A stretch of 64,000 nucleotides of DNA from Piedraia hortae CBS 480.64 (taxonomy: Eukaryota): contig MU006010.1 in the NCBI GenBank assembly GCA_010093745.1, positions 1 through 64,000 of the forward strand, in the 5' to 3' direction. Each line of letters opens with the position of its first letter. Position 1 is the stretch's first letter. This document shows, piece by piece, positions 13,232 through 24,484 of this stretch. Under the pieces are notes generated by a model that saw nothing but the letters and a program-made list of their open reading frames with translations, did no database searches and was not told where the DNA came from. The position numbers and the translations under genes are program-made.

Positions 13232-14242
13232 TCACCTCTGCAACTGCTGCTGGTATGATGAAAGGTGATGAAGGGCAGCTTCAAGTTCACGTAGTCGAAC
13301 GTCTTTCTCCGCCAGTTCTGCCCTCAGTCGTCGAACCTCTTCACGCAGGCCTTGTTCATCTACGGGCGTTGTGTTTCTGGGCTCTGCGTGTCCCGTCTTG
13401 TTGTATTTTGGAGACTTTGGCGGGTCCAGATGGCTGAGATCGTTGTGATACTGTCTTGCACCCTGCGCAGCCTGTTCTAAGAGGTCCGGCAGCGGCTCAG
13501 CCCCGGTGGTTGCGTACATTTCAGCCGTCGGCACAGGCATCAACGTCCCACTCTCCTTATGTACGCGTCGCAGATGCTCTGACAGATTTTCCTTGCGCGT
13601 AAAGCCCTTGCCCCGGTGTCGCGCACAATCCGCAAAGGGGCACTGGAGATGCGCCTTGGGCCCACCGTGTTTGCCGTGCACCTCACGCTCGTGCCGCAAT
13701 AAACCGCCCGAGTAGGTGAAGCCCTGCAGCTTGCTACAGGCCGGATTGGAGCAGCGATAGGGTCTATCGTGGCGGTCCATGTGCTTGCTGTTTCTCCCGT
13801 CAGCTGCGCCCTGAATAAGAGCCAATAGCACTCACCTCCATTCGCATTTGCGGTCAAACACTTGACCGGCACATTCAGGAGCAAAGGCACAGTAGAACTT
13901 GCCCTCGTTGTTGACGGGCGGCTCTCCACGCTTGTGCACACGGGATCCCCTAGTCGGCGACTGCTCGTCCTCGGCTGCGGACGAACCCTCACGCGGCCCG
14001 ATAGAATCGCGGGCGTGGCTGACGTCAAGCTCATTTTGCATCTGGGAATGGGTCCGCTTCCTTGACTGCTGGCCAGTTGGCGAGTGCCCATTGACGGGCG
14101 AAACCGTGGCCATGACGCTATCGCTGACCATGTAGGCCTGACGCGCATCGGCCGCGTCCAGCCGCTGGCCGTACGGCACTTCGTTCACTTCATGGAGCGG
14201 GATCAATGCCGCAATATTAACTGGGCCAATGTCGGATGCCAT
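13232..14242 (-). CDS. C2H2 zinc-finger transcription factor; intron 13788-13835
   Basis: YCAFAPECAGQVFDRKCEWSKHMDRH, RPYRCSNPAC...LLRHEREVH and CPFADC...FTRKENLSEHLRRVH, then a C-terminal coiled coil. Confidence 0.88.
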
Positions 14243-14409
14243 GGTGGTGATGTGCGAGAAAGTGAGAGAGGGATGCCTGAGGCGCGAAGATCCAGAGACG
14301 CGGGGCTGTTCCGCGCATTGGCCCGACTTCACCTTGCTCTGATTGGCCACCAACCGACATCCCATGTGAATTGTAGTGTTGAATGGATGGATAATTACGT
14401 ATGCATTGC

Positions 14410-16578
14410 TCATTGTATCTCCTTGACCCATGATGCTGGCACAATTCCCTTTCCTGCCCGTGTTTCCACCTCACACCAACCATCTCCTTGATCTGCCTGC
14501 ACCAAAACCATTCTCTCGCCCTCCTCCATGGCCACTTCCCCCTCTCCTGTAGGCGTATACGTATACAAAGCTTCCAGGTGTTTGACCTTTTTCCCACCTC
14601 TTCTTGGTGCAACGGCAGGCCCAACCTTTTTTCGCACGCTTCCCGTGTCTGATCCAGCCAGACTACTGGTGGACACGGACGCGGCAACAGACACCGGCCG
14701 TGCAAGAGTCTGTGGAGTTCGGTTAGAAAGCTCCACGTAAGATGCCGGCACCAACCCGACACCGCTGCCAAAGACGGATGGCTTGATCTTGACCCATCCA
14801 CTGCCGTCGTCGGGTTCTACCAAGACAAAATCGGTCCCGTCGGCAACGGTGATTTCGCCATCGCCATTGGCTTGATAGGCATACAGCATATGGCCCCGTC
14901 GGACCCCCTCTCCGCCGTCCGGCTTAGTGTAAGTCAACGGCGGTGGAGCCATGACCCGATGTCGGGCCGATGAAGTACTGGCTCTAGGGGCTGCAACTGG
15001 TGAGGTTTCGCCATTCGCCTGTGGCCCTTTGTGTGAAGCTGCATAGCCAGAGCTCAGCGTGTTCATGGATCCAATGGTGTCGCTCCGTTGGAGAGAAGTC
15101 GTTTTTCCGCCTCCGTTGCTGGTTGAAGGGGGGGCAACTTGGGCCTGAGCAGCGGCCTGTCTTTGAGCCTTTTTGCTCTTCTTCTGCTCCTTGTTCAGCT
15201 CGCCGGGGCAGTCTGCGGGCACCTTGAGCTCGCATTTCGTGTGGCAAGTGAAGCCACAGTCGTTGCAAATCAACCCTTTGGCGCTCAGACCCCAGATGCG
15301 ATCACCACAGAGATCGCAATTGGTCGGCAGCCGGAACGTTTCGTTCTTGAAGGCGTGGTTCCGGGCGCCCACAGACACGTCTCCCACCGATGACATGATT
15401 GTGCTGATTTCTACCTCGGCCGCAACCTTTCTTCGCTCAGCATCGTGCAGAGCCTCTTGGTGCACAAACTGAGATCTCACAACTTCGACCTCATCACGCT
15501 TGTCCTTATTTTCCCGTATTGCCTGTCTAACCCGCTTGGCTCCCTCGACTTCTCTTCGCCTGGATTCGCACTCCTTGGTCAGCTCCCCAAGCTGTGCTTT
15601 AGACCTCGTCAGGATGTTCATCAGGAACGTCCGGCTGCTGGCATCGTCGGCCATGGCATCGTCATCCAGCCAGACGGGTGATGGTTCAAATACAAAATCT
15701 GGTGGATCGTGCCAAGGAGCCACGTTATGCCTGATAAACATCATGCTGTCCAGCGAAGGGTTGTTGCGCGGGATCTCCCCTGCCAGATGCTCCAGCAGTT
15801 TACATGACCGCTGAAGCGTTTCGTGTTCCATGACGGCGGCCGTGCTCCAGATATTGTTCAGCGCAGCGGTTCGCGCCTCAGAAAGCGACTGGAGAGAGTC
15901 AAGGAGGTCGGGTACATAGTCGTGGTAGTATTTTTCCTTTTGCTTATTTGTCACGTTGATGGCGATTAGGTACGTGTTTTTGCTGTTGCGCATTTCGCCG
16001 AGTTGTTGCTGGTATGCGGCCTGCGCCTTTTGCTTGCCGTGGTCGAGGCTATTGTCCATTTTCTTCCGTCGATTCTCCACCTCCTGACAGGCGCTGTCGT
16101 ATTTTGCCTTGGTCTTCTTCAGCTCGCTATAATGGCTGTCGCGTTCCTTTTCCAACTTGACTGCGTAGTCGGCATGGCTCTTGCGCAGATCCTCGTGCCG
16201 CGCCTGAATCTGTTGCAGTGGCTGGACCAGCTTGGCCATCAGGTTCGCAGCGAGGCGTTCGTGCTCGGCTGCGCGACTCTCCAGTGTCGTCAACTGCACC
16301 GACCACGTCGTCATGGACGCGCACTCCAACGATCCCGGAGTGACGGTCGGAGTGTCGCCCACGCTAAGCGCGTTTTGCTTCTTCATCTTCTTCTCGTAAA
16401 ACTTCTTGGCCAGCGCATTGAGTTTCTGGCTGTATTCCTTCTCTATGGCGCTTCGTTCCCGGTAGAACTGCTGCATGTCGTCCAGCCAGGCATTGCCATT
16501 GGCTACCCATGCATTGGCCGGCTTGAAGCCGTCCTTGAGCTCGGCTCCAAAGCTCGGCGCAACGTCCACTTGGGCCAT
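14410..16578 (-). CDS. BZZ1: Bzz1: F-BAR + C1 + two SH3 domains (actin/endocytosis)
   Basis: FYRERSAIEKEYS F-BAR segment, C1 domain HAFK...CDLC...CNDC...HTKC, two SH3 domains (LYAY...GWV...PASY; LYTY...GWC...PASW). Confidence 0.93.
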   Translation of the reverse strand: MAQVDVAPSFGAELKDGFKPANAWVANGNAWLDDMQQFYRERSAIEKEYSQKLNALAKKFYEKKMKKQNALSVGDTPTVTPGSLECASMTTWSVQLTTLESRAAEHERLAANLMAKLVQPLQQIQARHEDLRKSHADYAVKLEKERDSHYSELKKTKAKYDSACQEVENRRKKMDNSLDHGKQKAQAAYQQQLGEMRNSKNTYLIAINVTNKQKEKYYHDYVPDLLDSLQSLSEARTAALNNIWSTAAVMEHETLQRSCKLLEHLAGEIPRNNPSLDSMMFIRHNVAPWHDPPDFVFEPSPVWLDDDAMADDASSRTFLMNILTRSKAQLGELTKECESRRREVEGAKRVRQAIRENKDKRDEVEVVRSQFVHQEALHDAERRKVAAEVEISTIMSSVGDVSVGARNHAFKNETFRLPTNCDLCGDRIWGLSAKGLICNDCGFTCHTKCELKVPADCPGELNKEQKKSKKAQRQAAAQAQVAPPSTSNGGGKTTSLQRSDTIGSMNTLSSGYAASHKGPQANGETSPVAAPRASTSSARHRVMAPPPLTYTKPDGGEGVRRGHMLYAYQANGDGEITVADGTDFVLVEPDDGSGWVKIKPSVFGSGVGLVPASYVELSNRTPQTLARPVSVAASVSTSSLAGSDTGSVRKKVGPAVAPRRGGKKVKHLEALYTYTPTGEGEVAMEEGERMVLVQADQGDGWCEVETRAGKGIVPASWVKEIQ

Positions 16579-17146
16579 TTTGCACTTTTGCGACCGTCGG
16601 GGCAGTCACGGGGTCAGGCGGCACAACCCCGCACGACTGAATCGTATCTTAACGGCGCCGGCTTTTCATCTGGTGCCCGAGCACTGTCCCGTGGCCTTGG
16701 CTACAGTTTCTCTTGCTTGGCACGTGGTATCAATGCACCGTGGCGGTTGGAAGATACTTGTACGGGAGACTGTCTATATAAGATAGCATCATGACAAGGC
16801 TCTTTGGGCCACCGCTCTATCCTACTGGCGCCTTGGGATTGAAGAGCGAGGGAATTACCACGTATGATGTTTTACTCTAGTTCTCGCTGTTCATCTGCGC
16901 TGCCTCTGCGTATACAGCGATGCAGTGCTGGTTAGTTCGCGTTGGCTCGTGTTGTGTTGCATGTCGTCATGGTCCCGAAAATAGCGTCACCCCACTTCGA
17001 TTTAGCTTGGCAACAAAAGCTTTGGTTCAGACCACGCTACACCACATCTTGAGCTGCGATTGGCAGCACAACGCTCGCAACACTCAGCTCCAGTGGTGTA
17101 CAGTCCAAATTATTCTTCTCATCTGCGGGCGCATCCGCTGCGCATC

Positions 17147-19013
17147 ATGTCTTCTCAAAATTCTACGCCTAGCTGGGCCAACAACACAGTCCCCACCGCG
17201 TCAAACTGGGACAAGAACCCACCGGCGCCAGCCGCTGGAGCTCCAGGTGGAACGGACAGCAGTGCGGCTCCTCTTCCCGCCGGAGCCAAGCCTGCGAACA
17301 ACGGCTGGGGCAATGCTCCTTCGCCCGCCGCCTCTAGCGGTTGGGGCAACGAGAGCAAAGTCGGAACGGGCAGTGGCAACATTGCGGAAGGCTGTGGCAA
17401 TAGCAATGCCAACAATAATGACAATAGCAATCCAAACAGCAACGCCCAGAGCGGCCCCAACAACAATGCTGCCAATGCTGACGGTAACAAGGCCGGGCAG
17501 GGTGACGGGGGCTTTTCCTTTAGCACTGAGCCCGCCAAAGCACCCGAGGAGGAGGGGGAGGCTTACTTTAATCCAGAAGACCCTCATGGGCTGCGGGAGC
17601 CAGAGTTCGACGTCAATGTCAAGTTGGCCGACCTCCAGGCTGACCCTGACAATCCTCTCTACTCCGTGAAGTCTTTCCAAGACCTAAATCTGTAAGTTTT
17701 CGGCTGAGCCTCCGGCAACCAGCTTCTGACAGGCCCAGACGACCCGAGTTGCTCCAGGGGCTGGCAACCATGAACTTCAGGAAACCGTCCAAGATCCAGG
17801 AGCGTGCTCTGCCACTGCTGCTCAAGGACCCACCACAAAACCTGATCGGCCAGTCTCAGTCTGGAACGGGCAAGACGGCGGCGTTCGTGCTGAACATGCT
17901 GTCTCGCATTGATCTGAGCAACAACGAGCCGCAGTGTCTTGTACTCTCGCCTACGCGCGAGCTCGCGCGCCAAATCTCCTCGGTTGCCAGCACGATGGGG
18001 ATGTTTCTGGTCGACGAAGGGCTGCAAGTGACTGAAGCCATTCCCCAAATGGTTCCCCGTGGGAAGCAGTTGGAGGGCCAAATTATTGTCGGCACGCCCG
18101 GGACGGTCATGGACATGTTGAAACGTCGACAACTGAGCACCCGTGGCCTCCGTGTCTTGACCCTGGACGAGGCCGACACCATGCTCGACCTGCAGGGCCT
18201 GGGCGACTCGTGCAAGCGTGTCAAGGCAATGCTGCCCCGAGACGTGCAGGTTGTCTTGTTCTCGGCCACATTTCCGCCCGAAGTGCTTGAATTTGCCAAT
18301 TTCTTTGCTCCCAACGCCAACGAACTTACCCTAGAGGTGGAAAAATTAACTGTCAAGGGCATCAAGCAGCTGTACCTCGACGTTCCTAGTGCCGAGGAGA
18401 AGTATTACGCTCTAATCAAATTCTATGGAGTCATGACTATTGCTAGTTCCATCATCTTCGTGGCCAGACGCGACACGGCAGCCGAACTAGAGCGGCGCAT
18501 GACGGCTGAAGGCCATAGTGTGGCCTCTTTGTCTGGTGCTCTTGAGGGCCGGCAGCGTGACGAAGTCTTCAACCGCTTCAGAAGTGGTGAAGCCAAGGTC
18601 CTGATAACAACAAACGTTCTCTCTCGAGGCATCGATGTCCAGACGGTAACCATGGTATGTTACTCCAGCCTCCGATAGAAATGCTACTGACGAACTAGGT
18701 CATCAACTACGACCTTCCCATGACAGTCGATCGCCAGCCTGATTTTGAAACCTATCTGCATCGCATCGGACGCACTGGGCGTTTTGGCCGTACTGGCGTG
18801 GCCTTGAGCTTGGTGCATGATAGGCGCAGCTGGGAGGCCCTCATGGCCATCTGCGGCCATTTCAAGGTGGAGCCAACATTACTCAACCCGACGGACCTGG
18901 AAGGTACCGAGAAGATGCTGAAAAGGATAATGCGTAACAGCCGCAATGCATCCATTGCTGGTCCGCTGCTGAAGCCCGAGGACGAGGAGGAGGAGGAGGA
19001 GGAGAAGGAGTGA
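17147..19013 (+). CDS. DBP5: DEAD-box RNA helicase Dbp5 (mRNA export); 2 introns
   Basis: [54 protein letters not shown] and [10 protein letters not shown] motifs. Confidence 0.95.
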
Positions 19014-19103
19014 ATGAGTCAATTTGAGCTTCTAGATCCAACGTTATGACGTGTACAACTACCGGTTTATCCTTTGACTGCCTTGTCAGTGTTTGGTGGC
19101 TTC

Positions 19104-19970
19104 TCATTCCGATTTTGCTGTGTTGCATGCTTCATCCCTCCATTGCAAACTAAAACCAAACACTGTCCTCCGCAAGAGTTCATCCTACCGAGGTCAGTTT
19201 GATGGGGCCATGTGAATGTGGCCGCACTCACTCCTGGATCATCCTCAAACATGGCCTTTGGCATAACCTCCTCCAGTATCTTTTCTACGTTAAAGCCACC
19301 GTTCTTTGCGAGACGGAAAAAGTCAATGTCCTTTCCATATAACCAAGGGCGATGCGGGGTGAAGAAGACGAGAGCCCTGGCCTCTGGCACCTTTTTCAGA
19401 GACTGCTGGATGGTGGAAAGAAGTTTGGCGTGCTCGGAGTGGTTGAAAAGAAGATCTGCTAGGATCATCAAATTGAACTGATGGCCTTTTATTGAAATAT
19501 CCTGTAAAGGGTTACCCCAAAGGTAGCCTTTTGCACATATACGGCTTTGCGCCGCTTTTGGAAGACATGTCTCGATATTTCGTTGGAGATTTTCAACCAG
19601 ATCAGCGTCTGGATAGTCTGTTGCAACTACTTTTTCGGCATTGTGCATGGCGCAGATGATGGAGGGTAACCCTGCGCCAGCACCTAGTTCAAGGACGGAT
19701 TTGCCTTGAACAAGTTCCTCGTGGTTTTCGAGAAACTTACCCAGAACCCGTCCTGCATTCCAAAGCATGTGGCCCTGGGAAAAGAAGTTCAGTCTTTAGT
19801 GCTTCTTTCGGGTTGGTTAAGTGTATTACCCAAAGAGGGCTTTGGCCCACGAGACGAAGAGTGATTGATTGCCCGTCTCGGGTCGTGTACGTGGCTGTTG
19901 TGGGTGCTTTATCAGCTACATAGTAGTCCCCGGGCTCGACGAATAAATCGCCAACTTCAATTTCGTTCAT
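19104..19970 (-). CDS. NNT1: Protein methyltransferase Nnt1/Efm7; 2 introns
   Basis: LRLVGQSPLW-GHMLWNAG, VLELGAGAGLPS, TDYPD, LADLLFNHSEH and FFTPHRPW motifs. Confidence 0.9.
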
Positions 19971-20256
19971 TGTGTCCCAAGATCTTGGAGCTGATTACGT
20001 CAGCCTCAGGCAAGCGTTCATGCAGGTACCAACTTATTACCTATTTCGGTCGCATCTGCAGCCCCGCACAGTAATGACGTGAATCACATAGCAAAAATTG
20101 CACTGAATAGGAAGGCACGATATGTGCACGTAAACAAGAGTGCTCCCCTACCTTTCTAGATGACCCTCTCCAAGACTAAGCGACCGGTGCATAAATTTTT
20201 CCCAGGAGTAAGCAACCGGTGCATAGACTTACATTCAACAGCAGCACATTCCACCA

Positions 20257-21657
20257 ATGCCTCCCGCCAAAGCATCACGAAACAATGTCATCAATGTGGC
20301 TGACGGCACGACGCACAAGGTCGCGTGCACTAGATGCATTAGGGGTCACCGATCAACATCCTGTGGTCGGCCAACCTGTCGCAACCAGGTATTATGGACC
20401 ATCAACAGGAGCGGGCGTCCAATGGCCAAATGCGGCTGCGCAAACCCGGGCACTACCATGTGTAAATGTGTCGTCGTCAGGGGCGAATGTCCCCACGAAG
20501 TAAATGAACGAGGACAGAAACCCGACTGTGACTGCTTTCTGCATGGCAGATGTTGCTGCGTGCTTACTGCGCTGGACTGGGCAATGATAGATGCGGGAGA
20601 GGCACCCACTGTAGCATTGTACACTTCTCCAGACCAGTTGCCTCGGCCGACGCCAGCTCCGCCTGCGGGCCTGGATGATGCACTGTTCTTCACTAACCCT
20701 GTCGGCTGGGGACAGTTACCATTGACTAGCCCGGCCATAATCCCGGACTCGTTTACGGCCGCGTATAACCAAGACTTACCACAACCATCCCCAAGCAATG
20801 GGCAGCTTCTACCAGGCTCGAATTTTCCGCAGACCTGGTCTAGCTCCTTTGGGGCTCCGGCACGACCGCAGGTGAACCCTCCAATGCTCTCACCTTGGGA
20901 GGTGACAGACCAACGAAGAAGCAGTGTGCCGTTACAAAATTTCGAGCAAACACCTGAAACGCTCTATCAACGATTAAGCGCTGGATTCGATTTCCCATCT
21001 CGATCAGTAAGAACGGTTTCGGATCCCCACGGCCAGCAATCAGATATGGAGCTGCAGCATGCATCAATGGCAGCAGAAAGCAATATGGATCCCGGGTTTA
21101 GCTACTCGACTCAAATGTCTTTTGCTCAAGATGGCTCGTCGACGCACGTGGAGCCCTCACAGGTAACTCCAAGATTTGCTGAACCGCAAGCGGTAGACTC
21201 AAACTTTGGACAGGTACCAAATTATGCGCCACAAATTTCTGGGGCGCTGCCCATTCGACTAAAATCGTCTCCGGCTACTCCTTTGGAGACCCCAGCTCCG
21301 CAATTCGATCGTCCCTGGACAGAGAACATCCCGCCAAACCTACCAGAATACGATGGCGATAAATTAGCTAAGGACTATGCCACATATCAGCAGCCTATGG
21401 CTATCTGCCCGAGATGTTGCCAGTACGGCTGTACATGTGCGAATTGTCCAGAAGTTCTGCAAAACTTTAGCACGGGATCTTGGGCAACAGGTTGCATGAG
21501 ACGACATTATCTCGATCCTTTTGCCCAGCAACGATCTTCCCAACAACAGGCCAAAACTGAGGAATTGCGCGAGAAAGTTGATCTTGGCCAGTTCATAAGC
21601 TTTCCTGATGACAAAGATGATGGAGTAAAAGGCATGGGATGTTGCAGTGGATGCTGA
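20257..21657 (+). CDS. Copper-fist-like transcription factor (Ace1/Mac1/Grisea family), divergent
   Basis: KVACTRCIRGHRSTSC...RSGRP N-terminus, with Cys-rich clusters CDCFLHGRCCC, CPRCCQYGCTCANCP and terminal GCCSGC. Confidence 0.8.
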   Translation: MPPAKASRNNVINVADGTTHKVACTRCIRGHRSTSCGRPTCRNQVLWTINRSGRPMAKCGCANPGTTMCKCVVVRGECPHEVNERGQKPDCDCFLHGRCCCVLTALDWAMIDAGEAPTVALYTSPDQLPRPTPAPPAGLDDALFFTNPVGWGQLPLTSPAIIPDSFTAAYNQDLPQPSPSNGQLLPGSNFPQTWSSSFGAPARPQVNPPMLSPWEVTDQRRSSVPLQNFEQTPETLYQRLSAGFDFPSRSVRTVSDPHGQQSDMELQHASMAAESNMDPGFSYSTQMSFAQDGSSTHVEPSQVTPRFAEPQAVDSNFGQVPNYAPQISGALPIRLKSSPATPLETPAPQFDRPWTENIPPNLPEYDGDKLAKDYATYQQPMAICPRCCQYGCTCANCPEVLQNFSTGSWATGCMRRHYLDPFAQQRSSQQQAKTEELREKVDLGQFISFPDDKDDGVKGMGCCSGC

Positions 21658-21706
21658 ATCGACCGTATTGCCTGATAAATGATAGAAACGCGTACAAAGT
21701 CTGACT

Positions 21707-22613
21707 CTATTCAAATGCATCATTCAAGTAGTCGACAAACAGGCCCTTTAGCCTCTCCTTGTCGACAGCGTGTTGTCTATTTAACGCAATAAACTGTCGT
21801 CTCAACCTCTGCAACTGCGGCAACGACGGTGGGCCCAAGGCCGGCAGAACCACGGTCTTGGCGCTGTCGGCCCCGGACCCGGGCACAGGCACCGCCCCAC
21901 CCTCCCCTGCATGACACTTTGCCCATTCAAGGATGATCTGAACAACATCGTTGGTGACTTTATCCAGTTCAAACAGGTAGCCCTCGCCAGCCTGTGGCTT
22001 CAACACGGTGGCCTTGTGCGGCCTCACCTCGACCTTGTTTGCATCACCAACGAGAGCATTCCACATGTTCTCCGACGGAGGCTTCTCATCACCATCCGGC
22101 ACAAAAAAGAGTGGCGAATCCCATCTATTCTTCGCATCCGGTTCCTCGTACCTGAAAATCAGATTCTCAAACGTCTCCACATCGTACTTCAACCCCGCTG
22201 CTTCGTTGCGTTGTCGCGCGGTTTCAGGATCACACGCTACGTGCATAACACAACTCTTTGTCTTGGCGGCCTTTGCTTCGCAGTATAACTGGTACCGATG
22301 GCCTTTGATGTAGTTGAACGTATCCGCTATGACGATAGTTTTGCTCCCCAATGAGCGCTGGATTGCGGATGTGAATTTCGCTCGCGCGGTTTTCTCTGTG
22401 CTTGCGTTGGTGTACACTGATGGTGTGATGTTGAGGGAGGAGTCTGTTAGATGGATAATTTCGTAGCTATCGCCTGCGAGCCGTTGGAGGTCTTGAATCA
22501 GTTGTGTGCTGCGATATGTCTTGCCAGAGCAGGGGAAGCCGGAAATGAGGATCAGCTTATCTTGGTCTTAGTGTACATTGTCATTCTAAGGGAAAAAGAG
22601 ATCATACAGGCAT
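21707..22613 (-). CDS. KTI12: Kti12, Elongator-associated P-loop protein; intron after codon 2
   Basis: MP|LILISGFPCSGKT, DTFNYIKGHRYQLYCEAK, RYEEPDAKNRWDSPLF and LQRLRRQFI motifs. Confidence 0.93.
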
Positions 22614-22916
22614 GGTGTGAGGCGTGCGCTGGGATCGTATCTTTATTTCTTCTTTCGTGCGGTTAGGTTGTTATCAGATTGAACATGCATGTACCCCGCA
22701 GCATTAGCGCCGGGGTCCCCGGCTCCGCGTGGGGACAGTGGAGAGACATCAAACGCAGAGTTCCAAATTTGGCCTGTCATCTTCCAAAATCGCCCCCTGC
22801 TATGCTTTGCCATGGGAGTCGAGATTAATGCTATTACCATTTGAAAGAGGAAAATCCCATTGCCAATCGCAACACATCATGTCCCATCCACACTCACATC
22901 ATCCCAGAATGCCCCT

Positions 22917-23165
22917 TCAAATCCCAAAATCCCCCAGATCCCTTGCTAAGCAGGCCATCTGTGCCCTTTTCGCCGCTTCGGCTAACAAATTTCCGTTCAT
23001 ATTAGATTGTGGTTTTTGCTCGCTCAATGCATCTTTTGTCGAGAACGTCGAGGCAAAACAGGCCTTTTCGGGGCTTGGAAGTGGTGTAGAGAATAGTTTC
23101 TTGGATGATTCTCGTGTTGATGCTGCGAGATCGAGTTTGGTTGGGTGAGGAGACATCGCTTCCAC
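22917..23165 (-). CDS. Small (82 aa) conserved-looking hypothetical protein
   Basis: TPLPSP and C-terminal LAEAAKRAQMACLARDL, recalled from Pezizomycotina hypothetical proteins; TATA-like sequence upstream. Confidence 0.65.
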   Translation of the reverse strand: MEAMSPHPTKLDLAASTRESSKKLFSTPLPSPEKACFASTFSTKDALSEQKPQSNMNGNLLAEAAKRAQMACLARDLGDFGI

Positions 23166-23763
23166 CTTTTCTCTGTTCTTTGGGAGTCGGACTTGGTCTT
23201 TGCTTTGGGAGTCGAATGAACAGGAAAATAAGGCAGCTTTGTAGTAAAGACGTAGCCGAGGCTGACTGCTGATTGAGGCTGGAAAGAAGAACAGAAAAGT
23301 GAGGCCGTTGCGCCGAGGACGAATAGAAAGATTAGTAACATGAGGGGCGCTCTATATTCTTATGTGCATATCTAACGATGACGAGACAGAAGCCAATCTC
23401 ATATGAGAAAAGGGCTCGTTCCCGACTGCGCCGAGTCTTTTTTTGCGGCGTTTTGGTTTCACTCATCGCGGGGCCCCGCCTTGAAAGCATGTGATGGCGC
23501 AATTGTCAAGTCAATCATAGCGGTGACTCATCGGTACGTTTGAGACGCTGTCATCCAAGGCTGACCATCACAACGTCTCTTCTGATTTAGGATATCAAAG
23601 TGAACCAGCTGTCGTGACTCAAAAAGATGCACATAGCCGTGACGCTTCAGGCTATCGACGTCCCTGACGTATTGAAGCGAGAAAAGGGCCGGTGACAGGC
23701 AAAGTAGTGGCTCTGATTGGTCGAGTTTGGCTTTGGGCAAAAAGACGTCATCTTATCCCAAAC

Positions 23764-24476
23764 ATGGCAGAAACAAATAATCAAGAGCAAACCATGGAGA
23801 GCAACGCGCAGCACCAAAGTGAAAGCAGTGCGTCGTCAGTTCACGGAAACAGTCCAGAGCCAAGTGACCAGGATTCAATTGACCAAAAGTCTTGGTGGAA
23901 GCGAATCTTGGACAAATACGGAAGCATCGAACTGGAAAACAAGGGCAGTGTTGCCCGAGACCATCTAGCACTTGGTAGGTGATATGTGATGATTCAGGGC
24001 CCACTGTTGCTAATCATCGAAGAACGCACCTTCCTCGCCTGGCTGCGCACTTCCCTTTCCTTTGCCAGCATCGGTATTGCTGTGACGCAGCTGTTCCGCC
24101 TCAATTCTTCCCTCAACTCCGACTCTTCCTCGTCGCCACCATCATATTCCTCCGAAGCAAAGTTAGACTTAAGATCTCCGGCCTCAAGGGAAGCACACCC
24201 TCTGAAACAAGCGGGCAAGCCACTCGGAGCAACCTTTCTGGCCATCTGTATGTTGTTTCGCTTGCACCCCATCACTATGGCTAACCGATGCTAGCCATCC
24301 TGATTCTCCTAATCGGCTTTCATCGCTATTTCGAGTCTCAGCACTACGTGATCCGTGGGAAATTCCCGGCCTCCCGTGGAAGCATAGTGTTAGTTTCGCT
24401 TGTTGCTTTCGGGCTCATTGTATCGAGTCTTGTCGTCATTATCGCCATTGCCCCTTCGGTTTTGGCTGGAAGATAA
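23764..24476 (+). CDS. DUF202 family membrane protein; 2 introns
   Basis: [41 protein letters not shown] and RYFESQ...GKFPASRG. Confidence 0.9.
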
Positions 24477-24484
24477 AATTAAAA

